From Candidatus Lambdaproteobacteria bacterium RIFOXYD2_FULL_50_16 (GTDB lineage Bacteria > SAR324 > XYD2-FULL-50-16), in contig MFNE01000046.1 of assembly GCA_001783695.1 (NCBI GenBank), forward strand, positions 30,143-94,142: a stretch of DNA of 64,000 bases. Direction: 5' to 3'. Shown here piece after piece: positions 42,027 through 51,385 of this stretch (its first letter is position 1; each line of letters begins with the position of its first letter). Below the pieces are notes generated by a model. The model saw only the letters and a program-made list of their open reading frames with translations. It did no database searches and was not told the DNA's origin. A program made the translations under genes and the position numbers.

Positions 42027-43009
42027 AGCTGGCTGGGGTGATTGGCAATGGGCCTATTGTAAAACATTTATTAGCCACTCACCAAGCGGATCATCTGCCT
42101 TCTGCCTTCTTGTTTTTGGGGCCTGAGGGGATAGGGAAATCTACGCTAGTGCGCTCCTTTGCTGAACAAATCAATTGCGAAAGCCAAAGCGCCTGTGGCC
42201 ATTGCGAAAACTGCCGACTCTTTAGGGGGGGCAGCCATCCCGACTTTATTGTCGTCACCCCTCAAGGCAAAAATATTCGGATTGCCCAAATCCAGGGGTT
42301 GATCTCGGCGCTGTCTCTTAGGCCGATGTACGCCAAAAAAAGGGTGGCTTTGGTTAAGTCGGTAGAGCGACTAAATCAGGAATCGGCCAACGCCTTTTTG
42401 AAAATTTTAGAAGAGCCTCCCTTGGACACTCTCTTGGTGCTGACCGCCAGTGACCGAGGGCAGTTGATGGACACCTTGCTTAGTCGCTGCCAGGAGTTAA
42501 ACTTCTCCCCTTTGAGTGCCCCCGAATTACAGCAGGTGTTAGACCAGCATTTTCCCTTGGAGCCCCTGGCTAAGGCTTTAGTGTTGCGCCATTCAGAGGG
42601 AAGGGTACGCAAAGACCTGATCGAAAAGGCTGCGCAGTTGGTCGCTTTGGAAGAGCATATTGAAAGTATTCTTTTTTCCCAACGCCCTGAAGCCTTGACC
42701 GATCATTTCGTCTGGATCGAGTCCTTAGTAAAACAGGAGTTGGAGCGCTTCTTTTTGGAATTTTTAGCCGGTTGGTTTCGGGATATGTTACTCCATAAAC
42801 AGTCGGTTTCGGCTCAGCCCTATTCGAGGGCTAGCTTTAGTAATTTAAATCCTAGAGGGTTGGCGATACCGCCAGAGGTGCTGGCTCACGCCTTTGATTT
42901 AACTATCGAAACCGAAGTGGCCATCAAGGCCCAAGCCGGGCGGCAACTGGCGCTTGAAGGGCTGTTATTAAAGCTGAATCATTTGTTTCGCGGGGCTTTG
43001 GTATTATGA
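41981..43009 (+). CDS. holB: DNA polymerase III delta-prime subunit HolB
   Basis: LFLGPEGIGKSTL and a zinc module CESQSACGHCENC. The real start may be the GTG at 42023, which overlaps the tmk stop. Confidence 0.8.
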   Translation: MFDLERFGATLGGPVKLAGVIGNGPIVKHLLATHQADHLPSAFLFLGPEGIGKSTLVRSFAEQINCESQSACGHCENCRLFRGGSHPDFIVVTPQGKNIRIAQIQGLISALSLRPMYAKKRVALVKSVERLNQESANAFLKILEEPPLDTLLVLTASDRGQLMDTLLSRCQELNFSPLSAPELQQVLDQHFPLEPLAKALVLRHSEGRVRKDLIEKAAQLVALEEHIESILFSQRPEALTDHFVWIESLVKQELERFFLEFLAGWFRDMLLHKQSVSAQPYSRASFSNLNPRGLAIPPEVLAHAFDLTIETEVAIKAQAGRQLALEGLLLKLNHLFRGALVL

Positions 43010-43683
43010 AAGGGTTCTTGTGTTTTCTCTTGCTTTGGACCCCAACCCTTTGGGCGCAAACCCCTTTTGAAGATGCGCTCAAACAGGGCGGAGCCAACCG
43101 GAAATGGGCTTTGGAACAGCTAGCTTTAGGGATTTTGGCTCAGGAAAACCAAAGCGCGGTAGATTGGTTTAATCTAGGTCAGGTCCGTAGGGCTCAGAGC
43201 CAGCCGGTTTTGGCTCTGTGGGCCTATCGCCAATCTCTATTTTTAAGTCCCAATTTCGAGGTGGCCCTGCGGGCTCAAGCGCAATTGGAAAAGGAACTAG
43301 AAATATCCCCCCAACCGGCACCTTGGTCCCTTCCCTCTTGGGCTTGGGGTTTGGGGTTGGTGATTAGTTTTGGGCTGATATGGCCAGTTTGGTCTAAACA
43401 ACCACTCTTGTCTGGATTTTTGGTCCTGTTGTCCTTGGGCGCTGCCCTGGGACTGCTAAGCCCGCTTTGGCCGACCGATCCGAGCTTTATGGCTGCGGAA
43501 TCTCAAAGCCTAAGGTTGGGGCCTGGAGCTGAATATCCGGTCAGCGGGGCTTTGGTCAAAGGGGAAGTGGTGCGGGCCGGAAAACAATGGGGAAACTGGC
43601 TTTTAATTAAGCGGGCTGGTGAGGAACGCTGGGTGGACCGCCGGCCCTTACTTAAGCTAGGGCTAACAAGTAAATCCGGTTAA
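43006..43683 (+). CDS. Hypothetical periplasmic/membrane protein: signal peptide, TPR-like region, TM segments, C-terminal SH3b-like region (BatE-like layout)
   Basis: 225 aa. MKGFLCFLLLWTPTLWAQ signal peptide. The C-terminus GEVVRAGKQWGNWLLIKRAGEERWVD is SH3b-like. Confidence 0.4.
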   Translation: MKGFLCFLLLWTPTLWAQTPFEDALKQGGANRKWALEQLALGILAQENQSAVDWFNLGQVRRAQSQPVLALWAYRQSLFLSPNFEVALRAQAQLEKELEISPQPAPWSLPSWAWGLGLVISFGLIWPVWSKQPLLSGFLVLLSLGAALGLLSPLWPTDPSFMAAESQSLRLGPGAEYPVSGALVKGEVVRAGKQWGNWLLIKRAGEERWVDRRPLLKLGLTSKSG

Positions 43684-44449
43684 AAATCAATTCGATCCTC
43701 CCCTCCGCGTCTTGTTGGGCGGCCAATCCGTCGCCAAAGAGCTGGCGGAATTGGGCTTCGTAGCTTGGGGGGTAGGGACTGGGGTAGTGGGTTGGGTCTA
43801 AATATCCGGCGGCGGCACCACTTTCGAAAACATTCATCGCTTGACTCAAGGTCATTTTTACTCGGTCGGTTTGTATCTCTGACTGCACTTCTGAAAACAG
43901 GGCTTTTAAAAACAGCGCATTATAATCTTCAGCAGTCTCCAAAAAAAGCCAAGGGTTCTGCAATCCAGCCAAAATCTCCCCGGTTTCAGGATGAGACATT
44001 ACTGCTTCTAACGCCTTGATAAAGTTCGGGCAATAGAGGCGGGTGGCCGGGGCTTGCATGGCCATCCGCCCTTTATTTTTTAAAGACCTATGGCACTGGC
44101 TGAGAACTAAATCGGGATTTTTAAACCACTGGAAGGCGGAATTACAAAAAATCAGGTCGAAATAGTTTTCCATGTGTATCTCTTCGGCACTGGAGACACA
44201 ATATTCAAGACCCAAGGGCAGGCCGCCAAGGCGGGCTTGGGTAATCATCGCTTGGGAGGCGTCTAATCCCACTAAGGGAGCGCCCGTGATCCGGCGGATG
44301 GCCCGGGAAAATCGGCCTGAACCACAACCTAAATCCAGGGTGATCTCCCCCACCCGAGGTTTGGCCAATTCGAGTAATTTTTCTCCGGCATCGGCTTGGA
44401 CTAGGGCCTGATAATCGTAGGTATGAGCGATTTTCGAAAAGTCGGCCAT
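43652..44449 (-). CDS. Class I SAM-dependent methyltransferase (BioC/UbiE-like)
   Basis: 265 aa. LDLGCGSGRFS motif I and a BioC-like N-terminus YDYQALVQ. Confidence 0.65.
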   Translation of the reverse strand: MADFSKIAHTYDYQALVQADAGEKLLELAKPRVGEITLDLGCGSGRFSRAIRRITGAPLVGLDASQAMITQARLGGLPLGLEYCVSSAEEIHMENYFDLIFCNSAFQWFKNPDLVLSQCHRSLKNKGRMAMQAPATRLYCPNFIKALEAVMSHPETGEILAGLQNPWLFLETAEDYNALFLKALFSEVQSEIQTDRVKMTLSQAMNVFESGAAAGYLDPTHYPSPYPPSYEAQFRQLFGDGLAAQQDAEGRIELIFNRIYLLALA

Positions 44450-44452
44450 GGT

Positions 44453-45346
44453 TTAATAACTAGTTCTAAGATAACAAAACTTGATCCATTGGCCAAAAAA
44501 CTCGTTGCGGTGACTACGCCAGCAGTTTTCTGGTTTTTCAGGATCAAACCCTACTGGCGGCCTCACGTCCTTGCGGCCCAAGGCTTGGTCTCGGTTGAAC
44601 TCTTCGATCAGCCTGCCTGAGTTGTATTCTGGGTGCCCCAGATGGATCAAATATCGTTGGTCCACCGATTCCATGATAGTGTAACCGGTTTCTTGATTGT
44701 GTGCCAAAAGGTTAAGGATACCCTTATCGCGCGCGGCCTCCAAGTCGGCGTCTGCATAACCAGCATGTCGGGATTGGGGGCAATTAAAAAAATCGTCCAG
44801 GTCACCGGTAATATTGTGAGTTTTATCGAGGTTTTTTGTCCGGTAAACCCCAAAAATCTTGGTTTCAGTGAGTCGCTTATTGAGATTTAAAATCTTGGCT
44901 AAGGCCATCCCACCCCAACAGATACCCAAGGTGGAAGCGATATTGGAACGGGCGTATTCCAAAATACGTTTGACCTCATCCCAATATTTAATCGCCTCGA
45001 ACTCCAGTTCCTCTACCGGCGCTCCGGTGATAATCAAGCCGTCCAAGTGTTTCTCTGCAATCGCCTCTTCAAAGGTGATGTAGAGGTTTTCCATGTGTTC
45101 TGAACTGCTCGATTTGTATTCGTGAGATTTCAGCCGAATCCAAACCGGGTCGATCTGTAAGATCGATTTTCCTAAGGGGAAAAGCAGGTTAAACTCATAG
45201 GATTTAACATTGGGCATGATATTTAAGATGCCGATTCGCAGAGGACGTATATCTTGCAACGCCGCATCATCTGGTTTGATACAGGTGATGTGATTCGATT
45301 CCAACGCCGCTTGGGCGTGGTGGTCTTTCGGTAGGATGATGGTCAT
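44453..45346 (-). CDS. metA: Homoserine O-acyltransferase MetA
   Basis: 297 aa. IRPLRIGILNIMP, GLIITGAP, GICWG and HPEY motifs fit MetA. Confidence 0.85.
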   Translation of the reverse strand: MTIILPKDHHAQAALESNHITCIKPDDAALQDIRPLRIGILNIMPNVKSYEFNLLFPLGKSILQIDPVWIRLKSHEYKSSSSEHMENLYITFEEAIAEKHLDGLIITGAPVEELEFEAIKYWDEVKRILEYARSNIASTLGICWGGMALAKILNLNKRLTETKIFGVYRTKNLDKTHNITGDLDDFFNCPQSRHAGYADADLEAARDKGILNLLAHNQETGYTIMESVDQRYLIHLGHPEYNSGRLIEEFNRDQALGRKDVRPPVGFDPEKPENCWRSHRNEFFGQWIKFCYLRTSY

Positions 45347-46113
45347 AGTCGTTTTTTCCTCGCCGATAAATACAGGCCCAACAGGATCAGGGGGAAGCTT
45401 AAAAGCTGGCCCAGGTTAAGCGGTAACCCGGCCTCAAAGGGGACTTGGTTTTCTTTTATTCCCTCGATAAACAATCGAGAAATAAAAATCCCCACTAACA
45501 TCAGGCCCAATAGCCGCCCATTAAAATCTTTGGTCTTCGCCCGATGATAGAGGGTGAAGAGTACTCCGAATGTAAGCAAATAACAGGCCGCCTCATATAG
45601 CTGGGCCGGGTGCCTAGGCAAGGGGTCAATCAACCCAAAGACCACCCCCCAACTGCCATCAGTGGGCCGCCCGATAATCTCTTGGTTAAAAAAATTCCCG
45701 GTGCGAATCAAGGCCCCTCCTATAGGAACGGTCAAAGCAATCCGCTCTAATAACCAGAGGTAGGCGTACCCCTTTTTTTGGGCAAACCACCAAAGCGTCA
45801 AAAACATCCCTAGCGCCGCTCCGTGACTGGCGAGCCCACCCTTTTGCACCATCAGGATTTCAATGGGGTGGCTTAGGTAAAAGTCGGGCTCATAAAACAA
45901 GCAGTGGCCAAGTCTAGCACCTATAACGGTCCCCAAAACCATATAAAAAAGCAGAGAGTCTAGGTCTTTGGGGTCTTTGTTTTCCGCCAAAAACACCTGC
46001 TTCATAATCAGCGTTCCCAAGAAAAAACCAGACGCAAACAAAACCCCGTAATAACGAATCTGTAAAAAACCCAAATCCAAAAGGACGGGGTCCTGGTTCC
46101 AGAAAAAAATCAT
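45343..46113 (-). CDS. lgt: Prolipoprotein diacylglyceryl transferase
   Basis: 256 aa. IRYYGVLFASGF and GARLGHCLFYEP...GGLASHG Lgt signature. Confidence 0.9.
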   Translation of the reverse strand: MIFFWNQDPVLLDLGFLQIRYYGVLFASGFFLGTLIMKQVFLAENKDPKDLDSLLFYMVLGTVIGARLGHCLFYEPDFYLSHPIEILMVQKGGLASHGAALGMFLTLWWFAQKKGYAYLWLLERIALTVPIGGALIRTGNFFNQEIIGRPTDGSWGVVFGLIDPLPRHPAQLYEAACYLLTFGVLFTLYHRAKTKDFNGRLLGLMLVGIFISRLFIEGIKENQVPFEAGLPLNLGQLLSFPLILLGLYLSARKKRL

Positions 46114-46114
46114 T

Positions 46115-47008
46115 TTAAGTCAAACTCGAATAGGTGCCGAGGACCTTAAAGTCGATCTTCTGGGACTTTAGTGCTTCTAAACAGGTGGCGCTGCGGTGGT
46201 TGTTGTAAAAATCAATAAAGAACCGATACTGCCAGGGATGGATTTTTGAGGGTCTGGACTCTAAACGACATAGGTTGAGCCCAAACACATGAAATTCCCG
46301 CAATATTTCAAACAAAAGGCCGTGCCGGTCCTCGTGGGATTCAATCAACAGACTGGTTTTATGTTTGGTAAAATCAGGCTGATCTGTGGGTTCTTGAACC
46401 TTGATCACAGCAAAGCGGGTCGAGTTGTTAAGGTAGTCCTCAATTTTTTCTTCAAGTATTTTACTCGAAAGGGCTGGGTCTTGTTGGGCACGAATCCGGG
46501 GAACAATCGCGGCTATCTTTGAATCTTTGGGTTCTTTTAAAAACTGCTGGGCCGAATCCATGTTCGACTGGCTATAAAGCACCCGTGCTTTAGGCAGGTG
46601 CCTAGCCGTGAAATTCATACATTGATTAAAAGCCACTTCATGGCAAAAAAAACCGGTGATCTCATGAAGGGGCCGATTGGCGACCAGCGCATAACTGACA
46701 GCGACTAAAGCCTCTGCTATAATCACGACCTGATTCTCGACTAAAGCGTCTTGGGCGGGCCCCACAATACCAGAACTGGAATTTTCAATAGGCATCACCC
46801 CCAAGGCAGATGGGTCGGCGACCACTTCTAGGGCGATTTGGGGCAGGGTGTTGGTGTAGCTAATGGGTTTGTTGCCACCCACAAGACTTGCAGCTTGGTT
46901 AGAAAAGGTGCCCTCTGGACCCAGCGTTATGATCCGATTGGCTTTTTCCAATAGTTTGATCATCAAGACAAAGGGTTTTGGAGGTTTTTGGAAGCCCTTT
47001 TTAACCAA
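46115..47008 (-). CDS. pheA: Prephenate dehydratase (PDT + ACT domain)
   Basis: ITLGPEGTFS plus a C-terminal ACT domain. The start may alternatively be the ATG at 46963. Confidence 0.85.
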   Translation of the reverse strand: MVKKGFQKPPKPFVLMIKLLEKANRIITLGPEGTFSNQAASLVGGNKPISYTNTLPQIALEVVADPSALGVMPIENSSSGIVGPAQDALVENQVVIIAEALVAVSYALVANRPLHEITGFFCHEVAFNQCMNFTARHLPKARVLYSQSNMDSAQQFLKEPKDSKIAAIVPRIRAQQDPALSSKILEEKIEDYLNNSTRFAVIKVQEPTDQPDFTKHKTSLLIESHEDRHGLLFEILREFHVFGLNLCRLESRPSKIHPWQYRFFIDFYNNHRSATCLEALKSQKIDFKVLGTYSSLT

Positions 47009-47120
47009 GGTGAACCCCTAGTGTCCCCTGGCTAGGGGGGCAAGTCAACCCTATGTTGACGGCTAGCCCCTAACCAAGTTAGATTGGCCGATTCGTTTAA
47101 CCTCTATCGACTCCAAGACT

Positions 47121-49016
47121 ATGCTTTCGCTGATTCGCAACAACGTCCAATCCTTTTTTGTTAAGGCGATCGTGCTCATCGTCTGTGGGGTTATGCTGTT
47201 TTTTGGGATTACCACCTATCAAGATCAAGGGGTGAACACCCTGGCAGAGGTAGGCGGGATTGAAGTTAAGTTAGAAGCTTATCAACGCTACTATGACCAG
47301 ACGGCACAAGACCTGCGGCAGCGATACGGGGCCAACGCACAACGAATTATGGAAGCGACTAATCTGAAACAGCAGATTTTGAGCCAACTGGTTAACAATG
47401 CTCTTTTGCTAAAAAGCGCCCAGTTCAACGGTTTGGCCATCACCGACGAGGAATTGGCCCAATGGCTTCGATCAAACCCCCAGTTTCTAACCGACGGGCG
47501 TTTTGATCAACACAAATATGACGAGCTGCTAAAAGGCATGAGGTCTAGTTCTGCCGAGTTTGAAGCAGAAATGCGCCAAGAACTTTTAGCGCAAAAATAC
47601 CTTAATTTGGTGGGAAGAAGTCACTTGGTTTCAAAAGAATACGTTGAAACCCTGTACCGGCGTGACCAAACCGAAATGACCGCTAAGATATTCCAGGTAG
47701 AAGGCGAGGACCTTAAGATTAAGGCCCAGCTAAGTCCCGAAGAATTGCAGGCCTACTACAACGGTCATCCTGAACGATTCCAGTCTGTTGGGGCGTTTAA
47801 GCTCAACTACTTTCTCTACGGTTCCTCCGACCTGACTGGCCAAGCCAAGGTTTCGGATAAGGCGTTAGAACTCTATTACAAAAAAAATCGCGAAAAGCTT
47901 TATACTGAAAAGGCGAGTTATCAAAGTCACCATATTTTGATCAAAGTCGCTGAAGGCACCAATCCCCAGTCTGCGCGAGATAGAGCCGGCGCGTTGTATA
48001 AACAACTCGAAGCCGATCCCAAGGGGTTTGAAAAGTTTGCCAAAAGCCATAGCGAAGACTTGGCCACCGCGCCTTCGGGCGGCGATTTAGGCCGAGTGGA
48101 AGTCGGTCACTTCTTGCCCCAGTTCGACGCCCAGATCGAAAAACTCGAACCCGGCCAGATCAGTCCGCCCTTCTTGACTCGCTTTGGATACCATATTGCT
48201 CGATTAGACCAAAGAAATAATGAACGGCGGCGGAGTTTTGAAGAGGTCAAAGGGGAGATAGAGGCCGAATTGGTGGGCAAAAAAGCCCAGCGCAAGCTTG
48301 CCCTTTGGCAGGAAAACGCCACCAAACAACTCGCTTCGTCTCCTTTAAGCGCACTAGCTCAAGGCAAGACCATCACCGAAACCCCAATATTTGACCAGCA
48401 AACCGACCTAGGCCCGTTAGGTGCCTCGGCCCCGATTTATGCGGAAATTAAAAAGAAGAAGGTGGGAGACAAGGGGGTTATGGAATTAGGGGCTAATCTT
48501 CTGGCCTACGAAGTGGTCCAGGTAACCGAGCCCAAGACCAAACCTTTTGCCGAGGTCAAGGAGCAGGTAGCCCTCTTCGCCCAGGTTGAAAAAGAAAAGG
48601 AATTGGTCGCGCAAGCAATGACCAAATTAACCCAAGAAATAGTTGACCCTGCCGCCTTTGATGCCTTTAGCAAACGGGTCAACAAGAAGGCGGAAGAGGT
48701 GCAGTTTTTTTATAAAGACCAGCAGGTTGGCAAATTCAGTGCCGGGCGGGAGTTTGTGCAAGCCCTATACGAGCTAGAGCCAGGACAGGCGCGGTTTATT
48801 GCTCAGGGGAATATGGGTTATGCTGCTATTTTAGTGGCCAAGACCCAAGGGGACCCCGCCATGGGCGCTACCGCCCTTGGTCGGATGGGAGATGAATTTA
48901 AGGGGCAGAAGGCGCAGGTGTTGTTGGCCGGACTGGTGGACGAATTACGCAAAACCACGCCGATCCATTATAATGCTAAATTGATGAATGCCCTAGAAAT
49001 CACCGGCAGGCCGTAA
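47121..49016 (+). CDS. ppiD: Periplasmic chaperone / peptidyl-prolyl isomerase PpiD (membrane-anchored, parvulin domain)
   Basis: 631 aa. N-terminal TM anchor. Parvulin domain YQSHHILIKV...GGDLGRVEVGHFLPQFD. Confidence 0.85.
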   Translation: MLSLIRNNVQSFFVKAIVLIVCGVMLFFGITTYQDQGVNTLAEVGGIEVKLEAYQRYYDQTAQDLRQRYGANAQRIMEATNLKQQILSQLVNNALLLKSAQFNGLAITDEELAQWLRSNPQFLTDGRFDQHKYDELLKGMRSSSAEFEAEMRQELLAQKYLNLVGRSHLVSKEYVETLYRRDQTEMTAKIFQVEGEDLKIKAQLSPEELQAYYNGHPERFQSVGAFKLNYFLYGSSDLTGQAKVSDKALELYYKKNREKLYTEKASYQSHHILIKVAEGTNPQSARDRAGALYKQLEADPKGFEKFAKSHSEDLATAPSGGDLGRVEVGHFLPQFDAQIEKLEPGQISPPFLTRFGYHIARLDQRNNERRRSFEEVKGEIEAELVGKKAQRKLALWQENATKQLASSPLSALAQGKTITETPIFDQQTDLGPLGASAPIYAEIKKKKVGDKGVMELGANLLAYEVVQVTEPKTKPFAEVKEQVALFAQVEKEKELVAQAMTKLTQEIVDPAAFDAFSKRVNKKAEEVQFFYKDQQVGKFSAGREFVQALYELEPGQARFIAQGNMGYAAILVAKTQGDPAMGATALGRMGDEFKGQKAQVLLAGLVDELRKTTPIHYNAKLMNALEITGRP

Positions 49017-49105
49017 AAAAATACCTTGCGGTACAATATTCAATCAGGTTAAAGGTCTAGGAATCAAACCCCAAGCCTTTTTATCGAACATTTGCAGGGA
49101 GCAAT

Positions 49106-49348
49106 ATGGAAATTCTCGACCAAATTGAAAATCGGATCAAACAAGCGATCAACCGCATCGGTGAACTTCAGGCGCGTGTAGAGGCTTTGGAGGAAGAAAA
49201 AATCCAGTATGAAGAAAAGCTTGTCTCTTTGTTGGAACAATTGGATCAAGCCTCTGGCGAAGAGTCCACCCAAATTGAATCCCAGGAAGAGCCTTTGGTT
49301 CATCACGGATTTGACGGCCACTCTCATATGGACCAACCCCATTTCTAA
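49106..49348 (+). CDS. Small coiled-coil protein, ZapB-like (cell-division associated)
   Basis: 80 aa. MEILDQIENRIKQAINRIGELQARVEALEEEKIQYEEKL resembles the ZapB/DUF904 coiled coil. I prefer it to the overlapping antisense ORF 49064-49456. Confidence 0.45.
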   Translation: MEILDQIENRIKQAINRIGELQARVEALEEEKIQYEEKLVSLLEQLDQASGEESTQIESQEEPLVHHGFDGHSHMDQPHF

Positions 49349-49367
49349 GGGTATCCTCCGTTGGGTT

Positions 49368-50363
49368 GTGCTGGCCGCTCTGGTTTTGAGCGGCCCCTCC
49401 TTAGTCCGGGCCAAGTCGCTCTTGGCTATCTTTCCATTAGAAAACACCCGCATCACTTCTGACTATGATTGGTTTGGGAGTTATGTAGAAGGATATCTGC
49501 GTGCCAACCTAACCCGCATGGGGCAGGTGGATCTAATCAGTTTTGAGGTGCTAAGAACCGCGCCTGAAAAGGGGCCACTGGTTTGGGGTGGATACCGTTT
49601 AGGCGGGACTTATCAAAAGGTTGGGCGCTTGGTTCAAATCAAGCTGGCTTTGAGTGAAAAAGGGGAGGAGGTCCAGTCTTGGGAGCGGACCTTTAAGCCG
49701 CAAGAAATGGCGGATCAACTGCAAGCTTTGGGTAAGGCCGTTTTAGAGCGAGTGGCGCCTGGAGCCCAATGGCCAGCCAACGAATTTTATTTAGACCCAA
49801 GCGAGGAAACGGCTAGTTTTTTTAAAGCCCGGCACAAGCGCTTTACCCAGGCCGAAGGCCCTAGCTTACAAGAGGCTTACCGGCTCTTTACCCGCTTTGG
49901 CGAATATGAGGAGCCCCTGATTATCGCCGAGGTAGCGACCCAGCTATATCTGGCTTCAATCAACGAGCCCAAAGAGATGGTCGAGCTGCTTAAAAAGGGG
50001 GAGCGGCTCTTAAGGCGGGGATTGGTCGCCCATCCTGATTCAGCGGAACTGTTGGCGGCCTTGGCGCTGGGTTATTATTTAACCCGCAGCTACCCTAGCT
50101 TTATCGAAAAAACCGCTGAACAAGCTTTAAGGCGTGATTCGAGGCAAGACTTGGCTTTATGGATGAAAATATTAAGTGTAGGAATGCAAAGCGGCCAAGG
50201 GCACGAGCTGTTACTTCAGTTTCGCGGGCTTAACCCTTACGGGTTTGGGTCCAAGGCAAGGTTGCCCTATTTACACGGAATCTTTAAAACAGAGATGGCC
50301 CGTGCTGAGACCATTATTCAACAAGTTGAAAACCCAGACCCTATGAACCTGCAATCCCGATGA
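49368..50363 (+). CDS. Hypothetical secreted protein with TPR-like helical repeats
   Basis: The track ORF starts at 49209, overlapping the ZapB-like gene. I chose the in-frame GTG at 49368, giving a signal peptide LAALVLSGPSLVRA. The start is uncertain. Confidence 0.45.
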   Translation: MLAALVLSGPSLVRAKSLLAIFPLENTRITSDYDWFGSYVEGYLRANLTRMGQVDLISFEVLRTAPEKGPLVWGGYRLGGTYQKVGRLVQIKLALSEKGEEVQSWERTFKPQEMADQLQALGKAVLERVAPGAQWPANEFYLDPSEETASFFKARHKRFTQAEGPSLQEAYRLFTRFGEYEEPLIIAEVATQLYLASINEPKEMVELLKKGERLLRRGLVAHPDSAELLAALALGYYLTRSYPSFIEKTAEQALRRDSRQDLALWMKILSVGMQSGQGHELLLQFRGLNPYGFGSKARLPYLHGIFKTEMARAETIIQQVENPDPMNLQSR

Positions 50364-51385
50364 AGTTACCGATTTTGCTGATTGTGGCGCTTGCCTTGGC
50401 CGGTTGTAACTACAACTATTATCAAGGTAAAGAGCTCGAAGAGGGGGGCCGTTTTGAAGAGGCTAACATCGAGTACCACCGAGCCTATACCAGCGACCCA
50501 GGCGACGAGGACTACCAAAACGCCTTTGAGCGAACCGCCGAGCAAACCACCGAAGACCTGTTACTGCGCTATCAGCAATACCTGGATCAAGGGAAAATGG
50601 AGATTGCTTATGATCGCTTAAAAAAAGCGAAAAACCTATCTCCGAACCATCCGGTCGTGCTTCGCGAATTGCGCCGCTGGACCAGTGTGTTGATTGCAGG
50701 CAAGGTTGATTTCAGCTTCGAAAGTTTAAAATCGCAAATCCCTCTGGCTGACGAGATGGAGTTGTTGGTGCGGATCAATACCTCTGATCCCCAAAAAATT
50801 CTCGACGCCAAAGTGGACAACCGAACCCATATTTTTGCAGTTGAAGACGTGATTTATAACGTTTCCCAAAAGGATTTGATTTTTTACAGCCTTAATTCAA
50901 TAGGGATCAAACTTAGCAAAAAAACTAGTCACGACGCCCGGTTTATCAAGTTTGTCGATGTGAAGATCCCCTACCCCAAAGATGTAAACGGGTCCCTGGA
51001 TTCCTTAGGTGACGACTTAAAACCAGTAGAACAGATCTATCCCTTAGAAGAATTATCCCGCTCTGCCGCCCCTGAAGACTGGGTGGCTAGCCGGGGTTTG
51101 GTTTATAGTTTGGAGTTAAAAGGGGACCGTATCTGGGTGGAAAGTTCAAACGGCAACATCGATTACCTGCCCCAATTGCTTTATATTAACAACCAAGAGC
51201 GGCGCATCTTTTTAGATTTTGGTAAACTAAACTGCATTCAACGCCGCCGAGGGGGATTTTGGACCTTTAAGCGGGTGATTGAACCAGAGCGGCAATATCT
51301 AAAGGAACTTCGGACCAATCTGATGTATTTCCCTTATTTCTACTTCCGCGAAGGTGCCTACGCTTTTGTTAAAAAGCCTAGCTAA
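50360..51385 (+). CDS. Hypothetical lipoprotein with TPR-like N-terminal region
   Basis: 341 aa. MKLPILLIVALALAGC lipobox. Overlaps the previous gene by 4 nt. Confidence 0.55.
   Translation: MKLPILLIVALALAGCNYNYYQGKELEEGGRFEEANIEYHRAYTSDPGDEDYQNAFERTAEQTTEDLLLRYQQYLDQGKMEIAYDRLKKAKNLSPNHPVVLRELRRWTSVLIAGKVDFSFESLKSQIPLADEMELLVRINTSDPQKILDAKVDNRTHIFAVEDVIYNVSQKDLIFYSLNSIGIKLSKKTSHDARFIKFVDVKIPYPKDVNGSLDSLGDDLKPVEQIYPLEELSRSAAPEDWVASRGLVYSLELKGDRIWVESSNGNIDYLPQLLYINNQERRIFLDFGKLNCIQRRRGGFWTFKRVIEPERQYLKELRTNLMYFPYFYFREGAYAFVKKPS

Noticed and set aside
47009-47120. Intergenic palindrome-like sequence cccctggctagggg upstream of ppiD
   Set aside because: The stem is not truly self-complementary at the centre and has no T-run. 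It is not supported as a terminator or operator.
49064-49456. 130-aa minus-strand ORF antisense to the ZapB-like gene
   Set aside because: It overlaps two plus-strand genes, has no recognizable domain and has poor composition (Leu/Phe-rich from a GC-skewed antisense frame). The plus-strand coiled-coil ORF is more protein-like.
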